A stretch of 64,000 nucleotides of DNA from Eledone cirrhosa (Eukaryota). The stretch lies in NCBI GenBank assembly GCA_964016885.1, contig OZ024743.1:992001-1056000 (forward strand), given 5' to 3'. This document shows, piece by piece, positions 26,093-38,100 of the stretch; positions within the stretch are counted from its first letter, which is position 1; each line of letters opens with the position of its first letter. The position numbers and the translations under genes are program-made. The notes under the pieces are model-generated. The model did no database searches and had not been told where the DNA came from. It saw only the letters and a list, made by a program, of their open reading frames with translations.

Positions 26093-29000
26093 GCTTCTGG
26101 TCCGAATGTCACTCAATTCCTTCAAAGAAATTCGAGAGAGCTTTCCTCAAGACGTGGGAACCCCGAATGTGAAACCCACATCAAGACTTTTAAAGGGGTT
26201 CCCAAAAGAAACCCCACCAACCATGGAGGTCGAACCACCCGACCTTCACAAGACCCGGGAGGTAAGTAAACCTTCCCTCTCTCTCTCTTAGCTTACCAAT
26301 ATGGCCATATTAAGAGTAGGAAGTTTAAATGTTCGCGGCCTGGGGTCACCCTGGAAGCAGGGTCACCTGCTCAATGACCTCCGGTCGCTGGAAATGGATG
26401 TGATTGCCGTAAACGAGACCAGAATTTCCGACACGCGCGCACTAGCCCCCATTTTCGACGACTATCATATCTTCGCATCTGTTAGCAGGCCGAGAATGGG
26501 GGTGGGGTGGAAGTGCTGTTTAGGAACGGACTGGATCTCGAGGTAAGGTCGATCTTCCGGGACCCGGACGGTAAGTTGGTGGTCTTGGATGTGAGCAGTA
26601 GCGAAGGTGGTGCCTTTAGACTGCTGGCCGTCTACGCCCCTACGGGGGCCGGGCGACCTGACTTCTTTAGGCGCCTGGAGACCTTTTTGGGTACATCTCG
26701 CCCTTTACTGTTAGCGGGAGACTGGAATGGCATCTTAGACGCACGCTGGGATTGTGTGGGAGTAGCCGATAGGAGCGGGGGGGGGGGTGCAAAAGCCTCA
26801 AGCACCTACTCAGCCAGTTCCAACTGTCTGACAGGTATCGACTAGATTTCCCCAATGTGCCAGTATGGACATGGACCAACCGAATGGGGTCATCTAGATC
26901 GTATATAGACAGGATCTTCATTAGGAAAATAGATAGAAATAGTGTGGGCTGTCCACTTTTTAAAACGGTCGCCTATTCAGATCACAAATTTGTGATCTGT
27001 ACGGTCGACCTAAATAAAACGCGTAGGTTAGGACCGGGCTACTGGAAGCTGAACATGTCATTTCCGGCACGTAAGGCTTACAGGGACCGAGTCAACAATT
27101 TAGTTAAGCAAAAGTTGACAGGGGGGATCATCAACAACAGATGGTGGGTGGCTCTCAAAAGAGAGATTAGAGTAACTTCGATAGAGTTCAGCAAAGAACT
27201 AGCGTTAGAGAAAAATAGAAAGGAGGGGAAGCTGGTAGATAAGTTAGACGAGGCTATTTGTAGTGGCATCGCAGCTGACGTGCTAGCGGCGAGAATGGCA
27301 TTAGACCATTTCTTCAATGCCAAACACGAAGGTTGCATTGTCAGAGCTAAGGCGCGTGCGCTGAGAAACGAGGGAACTAAAGCTGTTCGATGGGGCCGCG
27401 TGGCGGAGGCGCAGCGTGGTAATAAAACCACAATTCGGTCCCTGGCGGACCGAGACGGACACGAGATAAGCGATTCCAAGCGGACGTGTGAGGCCTTTCG
27501 CAAGCACTTTGCTCGGTTGTTCAGAGAGAGTGGCGAGTCAGAGAGAGTAGCGGATTTCAGTCCCTACCTTGACGGCTTGCCGCGCATCTCGACGGTCGAC
27601 GCTGAGCGCTGCGAAAGGCCGATCACTTCAGCCGAAATTCAGGACGCCCTTGTCGGCTGCATGAGGTGCAAGTCGCCCGGTTTGGATGGCCTGCCCTACG
27701 AGCTTTACGTAAATATGCCGGACTTGTTCTCCGAACTCCTTGAAGCACTCTACTGCAACTGGCAGCAGAATGGAAGTATTCCCAGTTCTGTGAGCAGGGG
27801 AGTGGTGACGCTGATAAGGAAAAACGAGAACAAGAGGGATACATTAGACAACTTCAGGCCCATAACACTGCTCAACACAGAGTTTAAGATTTTGGCCAAG
27901 GTGTTAGCAAAGAGATTGGCGCTTGTCGTCGAGGATTTGGTTGGGGGGGGGGGGGGGGGGGCGCAAACTTGCGCAATCCCAACCAGGTCCATACACGACA
28001 ATCTCCACCTCATGCGATACATCATAGAGAGGGTAGGGTGTAAACCTGGCTTCGGTAGGGCACTGATCAATTTAGATCAATCGAAAGCATTCGATAGGGT
28101 CGACCATCGGTATCTGGAGTTTGTCCTCAAAGCATCTGGCTTCGGCCCTGTCTTTAGAAGCTGGATCGTTGCAATGCACAGCGACACATGCTCGGTGGTC
28201 AAGGTTAATGGCCACCTCTCGGAACCATTTCGGCTCTCCCGATCGGTCCCTCAAGGGTGCCCTCTCTCTTCCCTTCTGTACGTATTGACTCTCGAGCCTT
28301 TACTGCGGAAGCTGGAGCTGTTGCAGGGCATCACGCTCGAACCGGGACGTGGAAAGGCGGTGTCGGCTTATGCGGACGATATCACCGTGATGGTGTCGAA
28401 CACCTCAGAAATCGAGGTGGTCGGCACCTTATTGAAGGAATATGAAAGGTTGACAGGAGCCAAACTTAACCCGGAAATGTCGGTGGGCTTGCAGCTCGGA
28501 ACCTGGAGAGGCAAGCCCATGCCGTCCAACAGCGTCGTGGGGCGCTGGACGAACGGACCGGTAAAGTTGCTCGGGGTTTGGTTCGGACGAGACCTCCAGG
28601 TGGAAAAGAATTGGGACGAGGTAACGAGCAGAGTAGCCAGTCTCACCCAAAAATGGGCTGGGAGGAAGTTATCACTGAAAGGTCGCGCGGAGGTGGCGAA
28701 TGCGTACATCGCGTCCGTCATCTACTACCGCCTGACCGTCGTGCCTTGCCCCCGTCCGCGCCTCGTCAAGCTGGAACGGCTCCTCTTCAAATTCTTGTGG
28801 AGGGGACAAGTTCCGTTGGTGAGGCGGTCCATCTGCTGCCAGCACCCTCTACGCGGAGGGCTGGGCATGCCGTGGCTAATGATGTGCAGACATGCGTTGA
28901 GGCTACGACATCTCCAGATATTCTGCCTCAACGGTGAACAGGTGTGGTCGCCGTTTATCAGACGGGCCTTTCCGCAGCTCATTTCTTTGACTGAGCTGCA

Positions 29001-29944
29001 GTCCTGGGTCAAGAAGAGACCGAGACTGGGTAACTGGCACCTGGAATGTTGCCAGGCACTCACTGCCCTCTACCAAGCGGGCAATGCGATCAGTGGGCTT
29101 CCACTCTCGAGTTCTATAGAGGATTAGTGGTGGGCAAGTGCGATGACGCACCCGGAGAAGCTTTGGGCCTCGACGAAGTCGAACTGACCAGTCTGTACCG
29201 GAGGACTTTTGAGCCGGGGACGATGGACAATTTCCAGAAATTCCTCGCTTGGCAGTGCTACCGGGGGGCACTGCCGGTTCAGGATAAACTCTACAGGCAC
29301 GGAAGTGCTGTCAGACGGACCTGCCCAAGATGCGCACAGAACGACGAAACCGTTCTGCACGCATTTGTCCAATGTCCGTGCATTACTGACTTGTGGAGTT
29401 ATGTCGAACAGCTACTGTCGCGTGTGGAACGAATCCAGCTATCGGCCGAGTCCATAATGAAGATCGATCCACCGCCTTCCTTAGGTCAGGAAGAGCAGGA
29501 AATGTTCCTCTGTCTGGTGGCAGTTGCGAAAGAGTACGCCTGGAAAGGAAGGTGAGGGTGGAGAGAGAAGTGCTGCCCCCCAGTACATTTACTAAAAGGT
29601 GGTGAATGTGGCGAGAATGGCTCATGTGAATGGGCCTACTCTGACCATGCGCCTATAGGCTGGCTAACTTGAGGAGAGGGGTGCTCTACCTGGGTGCCCT
29701 AGAAGCGCAGGGTGGTTCAGGATTGGTGGGATACCTGAAGCACCCCAGGGTCGTACACCCTCTATCGGGGAATTTATTTTGTTATATTTATGCATAGTTT
29801 ATTTTATATTTTTATATTTTCATTGTTAAATTAGTCTTGCCATTGTGCACTTTTACTCCACCTTATTGTAAACCCCACTGTCCTTGTCTTTGTATTGTCC
29901 CCTACATGTCGGCCCTGGTGGCTAATAAATGAAATCATTATTAT
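26093..29944 (+). mobile_element. Tx1/L1-clade LINE: end of ORF1, ORF2, 3' UTR with AATAAA and ATT tail
   Basis: ORF1 stop at 26289-26291 and ORF2 ATG at 26301. The 3' UTR is nearly identical to 56060-56340. Confidence 0.92.
26301..29658 (+). pseudogene. ORF2: APE endonuclease - RT - C-terminal zinc finger (frameshifted)
   Basis: APE: SLNVRGL, NETR, VYAP, GDWNGILD, YIDRIF, SDH. RT: KSPGLDGLP, NFRPITLLN, LDQSKAFDRVDH, QGCPLS, AYADD. Zinc finger: CPRC...ETVLHAFVQC. Frameshifts near 26500, 26780 and 29100, and a deletion at ~29535. Confidence 0.92.
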
Positions 29945-30202
29945 GTAATGTACTGGGTAATTGCTGGCCTTATGCCAAAAGTAGAAACAATTATTATTAT
30001 TATTATTATGGTGGATTGGCAGTATCGGTAGAGGGTCGGATGCCATTTTTTGGCGCATAGCGTTACGGCCCTTGCCATTCTGAGTTCAAATCCCGCCGAG
30101 GTTATCTTTGCCTTTCATCCTTACGGGGTCGATAAAATAAAGTACCAGTAATGCACTGGATAATTGCTGGCCTTGTGCCTAACGTAGAAACAATTATTAT
30201 TA
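29945..30202 (+). mobile_element. SINE 3' fragment plus (ATT)n, followed by a full SINE copy (30010-30202)
   Basis: Family sequence. The final ATT tail abuts the 3' end of the opposite-strand R4-like element. Confidence 0.88.
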
Positions 30203-33200
30203 CAGTTGCATTTATCTTGCTTTATGTTCATACGAGTTATCACCAAGTCACAACCAGTGACCTCAAGAGACAACAAGGTCCGCCATGTTCAAGAAAGAAC
30301 ATACTCACACATGCATCTTTAGTGTTTAGACTTGTGATGTACTTATATTGACAGAATCTTCCTTAGTATATGGGCAGTTCCCATTAGTACTATCTTTTGT
30401 ATTTCTCCTATACGCGGATTTCCTGGGATTTGCGATGATTAATCATTAGACCCCTTAGATATCATTCCCAGAGCGCCTACAACCACTGGTATTGTTTTAG
30501 TTCTCAATTTCCACATTTTTCCAATTTCTATCTCCAGGTCCTTATACTTGCTCAATTTTTCAAATGTTTTTATAGATACATTCTTGTCTATTGGAACAGA
30601 CATATCAATTAGCAGGCATACCCTCTTTTTAAAGTCCTTCAATATTATATCGGGTCTATTTGCATCTATTTTTCGGTCTGTTTGGATGCTAAAGTTCCAC
30701 AAGATTGAGATATGATCTTTTTCAAGTATGGGAGGTGGTTGATGCTCCCACCAATTCTTTTGATGGGGAAGGTCAAAATGCTTACACATTATCCAATGTA
30801 TGTATTGTGCAGCTCTGTCATGCCTGTTTAGGTATTCGGTTGGAGCTATAGGACTGCACATTGAAATTATATGGTGAATGGTCTCTGGTTGTTTTTTGCA
30901 TACACGGCATAATGGGCTGCACCCATTTTTTATTATGTTGGCTTGGTAATTTTTTGTTGGCAGACACTGATCTTGTGCTGATATAATCAGTCCTTCAGTC
31001 TCCGATTTCAGTCCAGAGGATGCCAACCACTGATGGGTTAAAGTTTTGTCAACATCAGGATTGTTAGATCGCTCTGGGTATTTTCCATACAGAGGCTTTT
31101 CTTGCCATTTCTGTAGCAGTTTTTGTAGCAGTTTCTGTAGCAGTTCTTTCTTTGCAGTTACTTTTACCTGCTTTGCTTTTTCTGTGTTTTCCATTTCAGC
31201 AGTAAATGGGACTTCTGAAATTTGTAGTCCATTACTGTATCTTTGTGCATCTTTTGTAATGGAATATGATCTTTTGATGCTTTCGTGTTTCAAAACGAGT
31301 TTGATCATCCAATCATGTGATTCCCTTAGATATGTAGATAATCCAATTGTTGCAGTTTTCAACGCAATATCTAACTGGATTAACCCACGTCCTCCTTCTT
31401 TCCTAGGGAGATATATTCTATCTATATCTGCCTTAGGGTGATGCATTCTGTGCATGGTTAAGAATTTTCGAATTTTTGTATCGAGCCTACGGATCTCTGT
31501 TCTTGACCAGTTGATGACATTGTAACTGTAGGTTACTACTGGTATGGCAAGCGTGTTTATGGAATCGATCCTATTCCTTGCATTCAATTCCGTTCTTAAG
31601 ATTGCTCTTACTCTGCGGTAACATTCCTTCCCTATCCTTTCCCTCATTGTCGAGTGCTTGATTCCGTCTCCTTCACAAACACCTAGATATTTGTAAGTTT
31701 TTTCTTGATCAAGTTCTCTCATCACGTTCCCCCGATCAAGATTAATGTCTGAACTCTTCAGCAGCTTTCCTCTGGTGAACGTTGCTTTGGCGCATTTATC
31801 TAGTCCAAACTCCATTTTAATGTCATCACTGAACTGCTCCACAGTGGATAATAGCCCTTGCGATTGTTCATCATTTTTTGCAAATAGTTTCAGGTCATCC
31901 ATGTAGAACAGGTGATTAATGGTTTTGTCATAGACTTTATATCCATGTTTTGTTTCATTGAGCATTTTACTTAATGGTATAAGTGCGATGCAGAATAAAA
32001 GCGGTGATAAAGAGTCACCCTGAAAAATTCCACAATTAATATTAACTTCTTCAGCTTCCAGTGATTTTGTTTCACTATTCAAAAGGAGTGTCGTTTTCCA
32101 TGTCTTCATACTGAATGACAAAAACCACCTGACAACGGGGGATATTTTGAAAATCTCTAAACATTTTTCAATCCAACTGTGTGGCAAACTATCGAATGCT
32201 TTTTTATAATCTATCCAAGCAATCGATAGATTTTTGTGTCTATTATGACAATCTTCCAGTATCATTTTGTCAACCAGAAGCTGATCCTTACAGCCATATG
32301 AGCCTCGTTTACACCCTTTCTGCTCAATGGGAAATAGGTCATTTGTTATCAGGTGGTCATATGTGTATTCAGTTAGGACTGATGTTAAAATTTTATACAT
32401 TGTGGTCAAGCAAGTTATCGGTCTGTAATTTTTGGGATTGTTTGTCTCATCATTCTTCGGAAGCAGGAATGTAATGCCGTTAACTAGCCATGATGGTATC
32501 TTTTCTGGCTCCTTAACTATTTCATTGTGAAGGCATTTATCCAAAAGTTTTGTATTTTGTCTTTTCCTGGGGATTTCCATTTGCTGGTTTTTCTTAGAGC
32601 CAAGCGCAACTGTTCAACTGTTATATTTTCCCATGTTTGTTCCTCAAGGTGAGCTGTATCTTTCATTTGTCTGTCTATCCATGGGGCATGTATGTTATGA
32701 ACTTTTTCTTCGGCCCAGATCTTTTCCCAGAATTCTTGCACTTCCTCCTTGGGTGGTATTGATTTAGCAGTTATTGTTGACTTACCAATTTTTCTGTAGA
32801 AGTTTCTTTGGTTGTTTTTGAACATATTATTGTCCTTATAGAATCTAGATCGTTTTTCAAAGCGCCTTATACGAGCAGCTTTGGCCGACACTTTTTGCTT
32901 GATTATTTCTATCAACATGTCACATGTTGATTTTATATTGTACTTTTTTTTCAATTTTCTAAGTTTAGTTTGTTTAACATGTTCACCTACTTTATAGTTT
33001 GTTAAAATTTCTATGTCAGATCGGAGAAGGTTTATTTGGCGATTGATGTTCTCTTGCCAAGTAGATTTCTTGTGGGAATTCCTTTGTTTTTTCATCTTCA
33101 CTCCACATAAGTGAGTGGTGACTTTAGCCGATGCATAATAGAGATGATTTAAATCAGTAATGTTTAGTTTGTTTGTGATGATAATGTTTTTGAGAATTAT

Positions 33201-34200
33201 GTTAGTCTTGTGTATTATCTTTTGGTTCTGTTTGGAGTTCTGGATCTTAGGGAGGGTGTCTCGTTGCCCCATGTCAGATTCTTTCATTTTCATCCATTCG
33301 ATCATAATTTCATCCTTCAAGTTGGCAAGTTCATTCTCATTCATTTCTTTATCATTTACGATCTCATTATTTTCATTTGGAGTTTCATCCTGAGCATGCA
33401 CTCCCTCCACTTTTTCGATCCTTTCTTTAATTTGTTCTGTTGCCAGTGATTCCGCCCCAACCCTGGGATTCGAAGTGTTACAGTTTACCTCGTTTTCACT
33501 GACACATGTTTCATTTTCCCTTCGCTGACTTTGTGCTAATAGCTTGATCTGATCAATTTCTATATCAGTTAGTAACTTTTTTCTTACAATATTTCTTCGT
33601 ATATTGGCTAGTTTGTTACTGTCAATATAGCCTCTGTTTTCGGGATGTTTCTTTTTCCAGTTGATATATGTCTGTTCTGTATTCGATGTATTTGATGGGT
33701 AGTACATGGCAGTGTAGAAAGCCTCAAGGACTTCTTTATTATCTTCCCTTGACCATTTTTCTCTCTTTTTCTTTGGATTTCTTGGTGGTGAGCATGGAGG
33801 GCCAACAGTAGGAGTATTCCGGTTATGGGAGGTCTCCAGCTCCGAAGTGATGGGAAGGTTTGAACCATTAGCTGATTTTTCGACCCCAGTCTGGTTCCTC
33901 TCTGAGGGACGCGGCCCTTTTTTACCCGGGTGACGGCCGATCCGGTATGAGATTTTATCATTAGACATTTACTTTATTTTGTCGCGTGTTATCCTTATCC
34001 GCCAAGGGGTAATCATTTCGTGTTACCACTTCTAGAACGAGTGTCAACCAAGACTAGAGGGATCGTTCTCCCCTAGAGACACGGCTATTCCCCGCCGGCC
34101 GCCATCCCGGTATTTCTTGGTCACGGGGTTTTCTTTTTGTTGTTTTTTTTATTGTTATTATCATGAGTGGTTCCTTAATGTGAGCATTGCGTGGCTTAAG
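30203..34200 (-). mobile_element. R4/Dong-like REL non-LTR retrotransposon, family A, near full length
   Basis: Single long coding region broken by a frameshifting deletion (~32520) and a frameshift at ~30440. KSPGKD, NYRPITCL, WIDYKKAFD, GIFQGDSLSP, HLFYMDD, CRVC...ETIHHIISMC, RHD, RPDII...LIDMSV; (TAA)n tail. Confidence 0.9.
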
Positions 34201-34208
34201 AATGAAAT

Positions 34209-34262
34209 TATTAATAATTGTCTCCACTCCAGGCACAAGGCCAGCAATCACCCAGTGCATTA
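34209..34262 (-). mobile_element. SINE 3' fragment
   Basis: Reverse complement of taatgcactgggtgattgctggccttgtgcc...gacaattatt. Confidence 0.75.
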
Positions 34263-34496
34263 CAATAATATAATATACTTTTTGCTGAAGTTGCCTGTTA
34301 TTGTTGTTGGCTATGTCGGTGGTGGTGCTGGGGCTTTTTATATTGTTGGTGAGGAAGGGGGAAACCAGCAGTGCCATAGTTGTTGACGTTTGGCCGGTGG
34401 CCAGGTCACTAAGTCAATCTATTTATATATTTTGCTAGCCTCTCCCTTGTCTAGTGATACCGCGACCTTCCCCTTTCTCTCTCAAGTTAACAGGGG

Positions 34497-35115
34497 AATA
34501 GTGGTGGTAGCAATGAAGGAGTGGTGGCGGCGGCGATGGGATAGTGGTAGCAGTGATGGATGGGGTGGGGTGGTGGCAGCGGTGGCGTTGTGGTTACTGA
34601 TATGTAGTATCTATGAGTTTGTGTTCGTATGTTTAATATATATTTTTATTATATATTGTGTTGACATATTCCCATAAAATTGGAATTAAACATTTTGTTA
34701 AAATTTGAGACAATAATAATAGTAATTATTATTATGATGCTGGGATTGATGGTGGTGGTGGTGAAATTGCCGTTATCTGGCTGTTATATTTAGTGTGATG
34801 GGATAGGTGGTGTATCAAGTTTCTGGTGTTGGTGAAATTGCTGTTATTTGGCTGTTCTATATAGTGTAGACAGAGGGTGTTTTCTTCCATTTATAACCAT
34901 TTTCTTTTTTGAATACAAAATATATAATACAAAATTGAATATTTGAGCGATACAACAATATAATATGGATCCGAAACTTTATGGGACCTCATTCGGTGGT
35001 TTATGCAACATTTGTACTAAGAATTGTTATTTCACAATTGATTTAAATGTGTTAAAAATCAAAAACTTACGGGAGCGATTTCATGACCTTCTACCACCTC
35101 GTGCGTCTTCTTCCC
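34497..35115 (-). repeat. Dispersed repeat X, copy 1 (resembles the 5' UTR/ORF1 start of the Tx1-like LINEs)
   Basis: Homologous to 39300-39735. Shares the gctcaaatatt motif and a Thr-rich downstream tract with the 5' ends at 56380 and 57826. Confidence 0.65.
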
Positions 35116-35198
<83 letters not shown>

Positions 35199-38100
35199 GT
35201 TATTGTTATTCCTTGAATCTCAGTCATTGATGTTGGTTAACTGGAAAGTCCGTTGGATTGAATATCAAGCCACTACCTGCAGCCTCAGATATTCAGGACG
35301 TATCGGAGGGTTCTTGCCGTTCCAAGCAAGCATGCCTTTTGAAGCGTTCCAAAAAGCGTGAGGGGGCCGATTTTCTTTAACCATCCCTGGAAACCTTTGG
35401 AGATAGTCCCCAGTGCGCCTATGACAATCGGGATCACTTTGACTTCATGGCAGTTCCAAATCCTTTTCACCTCCCACTTTAGGTCCTGGTATCGGTTAAT
35501 TTTCTCCCTCTCCTTCTCTTGCACTCTCGTGTCGAACGGGCAGGCCACATCCACAATCAGGCACGATCTTTTTTCTTTGTCCATAACCACCAGGTCAGGT
35601 CTATTGTGTTCCAGTTTTTTGTCCGTCTGTATCCTAAAATCCCACAGCACCTTCACCTGACTGTTCTCCATCACCGCCTCTGGCCTATGCTCATACCATT
35701 TCTCAGAATGTGGTAGATTGTTTACTTTGCACAGGTGCCAGTGGATCACCCTGCCCATCACATCGTGTCTCCAGCCCTTATAGTGGGTCTGGGCTAGGTG
35801 TTTACACTCGGACACAATGTGAGCCACAGTCTCCTCTCTCTCTCCACAGATCCTGCACAGTGGGCTAGCCTCCTCCTTGTAGATATGGTGCTTCAACCAC
35901 TTCGTTTTGAGGGCCTGCTCCTGCGCAGCCATTAGCATTCCTTCTGTAGCCTTTTTGAGGTCTCCTCTTCTCAACCAGTTCCATGTCTGTGGATCTCTAA
36001 ATTCAGTTTTCTCAAAGAAGGTACTATGAAGGGATTTTCCCTTAAGGCTGCTCTTCCTCCTTGATGTTATTTCCTCCTTGGATATCCCCTGGCCTACTGT
36101 CCCCTCCTTCAGTACAGCTCTGAGCATTGGCTCCTTACTATAGGTCACGTATTTGTATAGGTTGTTTTTCTCCATCTGAACACAGTCCTCTATGCTGATA
36201 AGACCTCTTCCACCCTCAGATCTCCTTAGGTAGAGTCTATCGACATCACTCCTCTTGTGGAACATGTTGTAGATAGTCAATAGCTTCCTAGTCTTCCTAT
36301 CCATTTCTTTTTGTTCAGCAACATTCCATCTCAGAATTCCCGCACTGTACCTAATAATAGACACAGCTCGGGAATTTACTGCGCTTATGGCATTTCTGCT
36401 GTTCAGATGTGACTTCAATACGCTCCTTACTCTCCGAATGTATTCAGTTCTTAACAATTCCTTCATTTTTTTGTTCTTTATGCCATCAGCCTCCAGAACG
36501 CCCAAATACTTGTATCCTTCCTCAGAGTCAATTTCCTTTATCATCTCACCTGCTGGTATCTGGATCCCGTTACTTCTGCTCAACCTACCCCTCCTCATCA
36601 CAATGACTCCACATTTACCAATACCAAACTGCATACATATATCACTGCTGAAAATACGGACAGTGTCAACAAGCACATCCAACTCCTTCTCACTTTTCCC
36701 GAAGAGCTTAAGATCGTCCATGAAGAGGAGGTGATTGATGGTAAGCTCTCCCCTTCCCAACTTGTATCCTGCTCTCACTTTTCGCAGCATAATGGTCAAG
36801 GGCATCAGGGCAAGGACAAACAACAGAGGGGACAGGCTATCTCCCTGGAAGATACCTCTCTTGATCTTCACGCTTCCCAAGGATACTCCAGTTGATGTCA
36901 ACTCTGTCTCCCAGGACCCCATACTCCTGCCCAGCAACTGTCTGATGTTATCTGCCACCCTGAAGATCTCCAGGCTTTTGGTGATCCAGGAATGAGGCAC
37001 CATGTCAAATGCCTTTCTGTAGTCTATCCATCCCATGGCAAGATCAGTGTGTCTCCTCCTGCAATTCCCCATTACCATCTTATCAATAAGCAACTGGTCC
37101 TTTGTACCACGTGACTTCTTTCGGCATCCTTTCTGTTCGTCCGGCAACAAGTTGTTTGTGTGGAGGTGATGGTAGATTTCCTCAGACACAATGCTCGTCA
37201 ACAGTTTCCACATTACGGGCAGACATGTGATAGGTCTATAGTTGGTAACATCATTACCCTTGATTCGGTCTTTCATTATCAGAACTGTGGTACCTTTTGT
37301 CAACCACTCTGGCACCTCACCCGACACCAAGCAGTCATTGAACATGGCCGTCAGCTTCGGGTGGAGGGATGTTAAATGTTTAATCCAATACCCCTGCACA
37401 CCATCTGGGCCTGGTGATTTCCAGTTGGTTAGTTTTTTGGCTTGCCCCTTAAGAGTTTCAACTGTGATACTCAAATCAGTCTGTTGCTGTGCCTGCTCAC
37501 CGATCTCCCTCTGTACTGTCTCAATCCACCCTGCCTGGGCATTGTGTCTAACATCCTGCTCCCATATTCCTCTCCAGAATGTTTTAGCTTGTTCCGCCCC
37601 AGGGATCAAGTCGTTGCCTCTTTCTTTCCCCTCAAGCTGTCCAAACAGCATCTTCTGGTTGTTGTCGAACATGCGGTTCTGTTTATACTGACTGACTCTG
37701 TTCTCGTATCGCCTGATTTTGGCACTCTTTGCTACAATGCGTTGCTTCAATTCCTCTATGATAATATTTAGCTTTTTACTCCTAGTTTTGTATTTTATTT
37801 CCAGTCTATTTTTAGTGCCTATGTTTTTTAGTGTCCCATTCAGTAGTGACTCAAGCTTTCCTATGTCATTTCTCATTTCCCCGATTTGCCCACTCAGTCG
37901 CTTCTTCCACCACGGCTCTGCTCTTTCTTGTCTGTTGTTTCCTCTCGCTTTTATACCAAGTAGTTTCCTCACCGTATTTGCTGTTGCTTTGAGGATATTG
38001 TTGCACTGGTGAAGACTCCTCGCCTCAAGGTATGGGATGACTTTGTTTACCTTAGCTGTTGTTTCTTTTAACTTTTTCCTGTCTACAAATCTTAGGTTCA

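Noticed and set aside
26490-27961. Programmed frameshifting at G runs in Tx1-like ORF2
   Set aside because: Other copies (60.3 kb, 63.5 kb) stay in frame at the first site. Homopolymer slippage or sequencing error is simpler.
27078-29372. Numerous antisense and alternative-frame ORFs over the LINE and R4 coding regions
   Set aside because: Shadow ORFs with no independent motifs.
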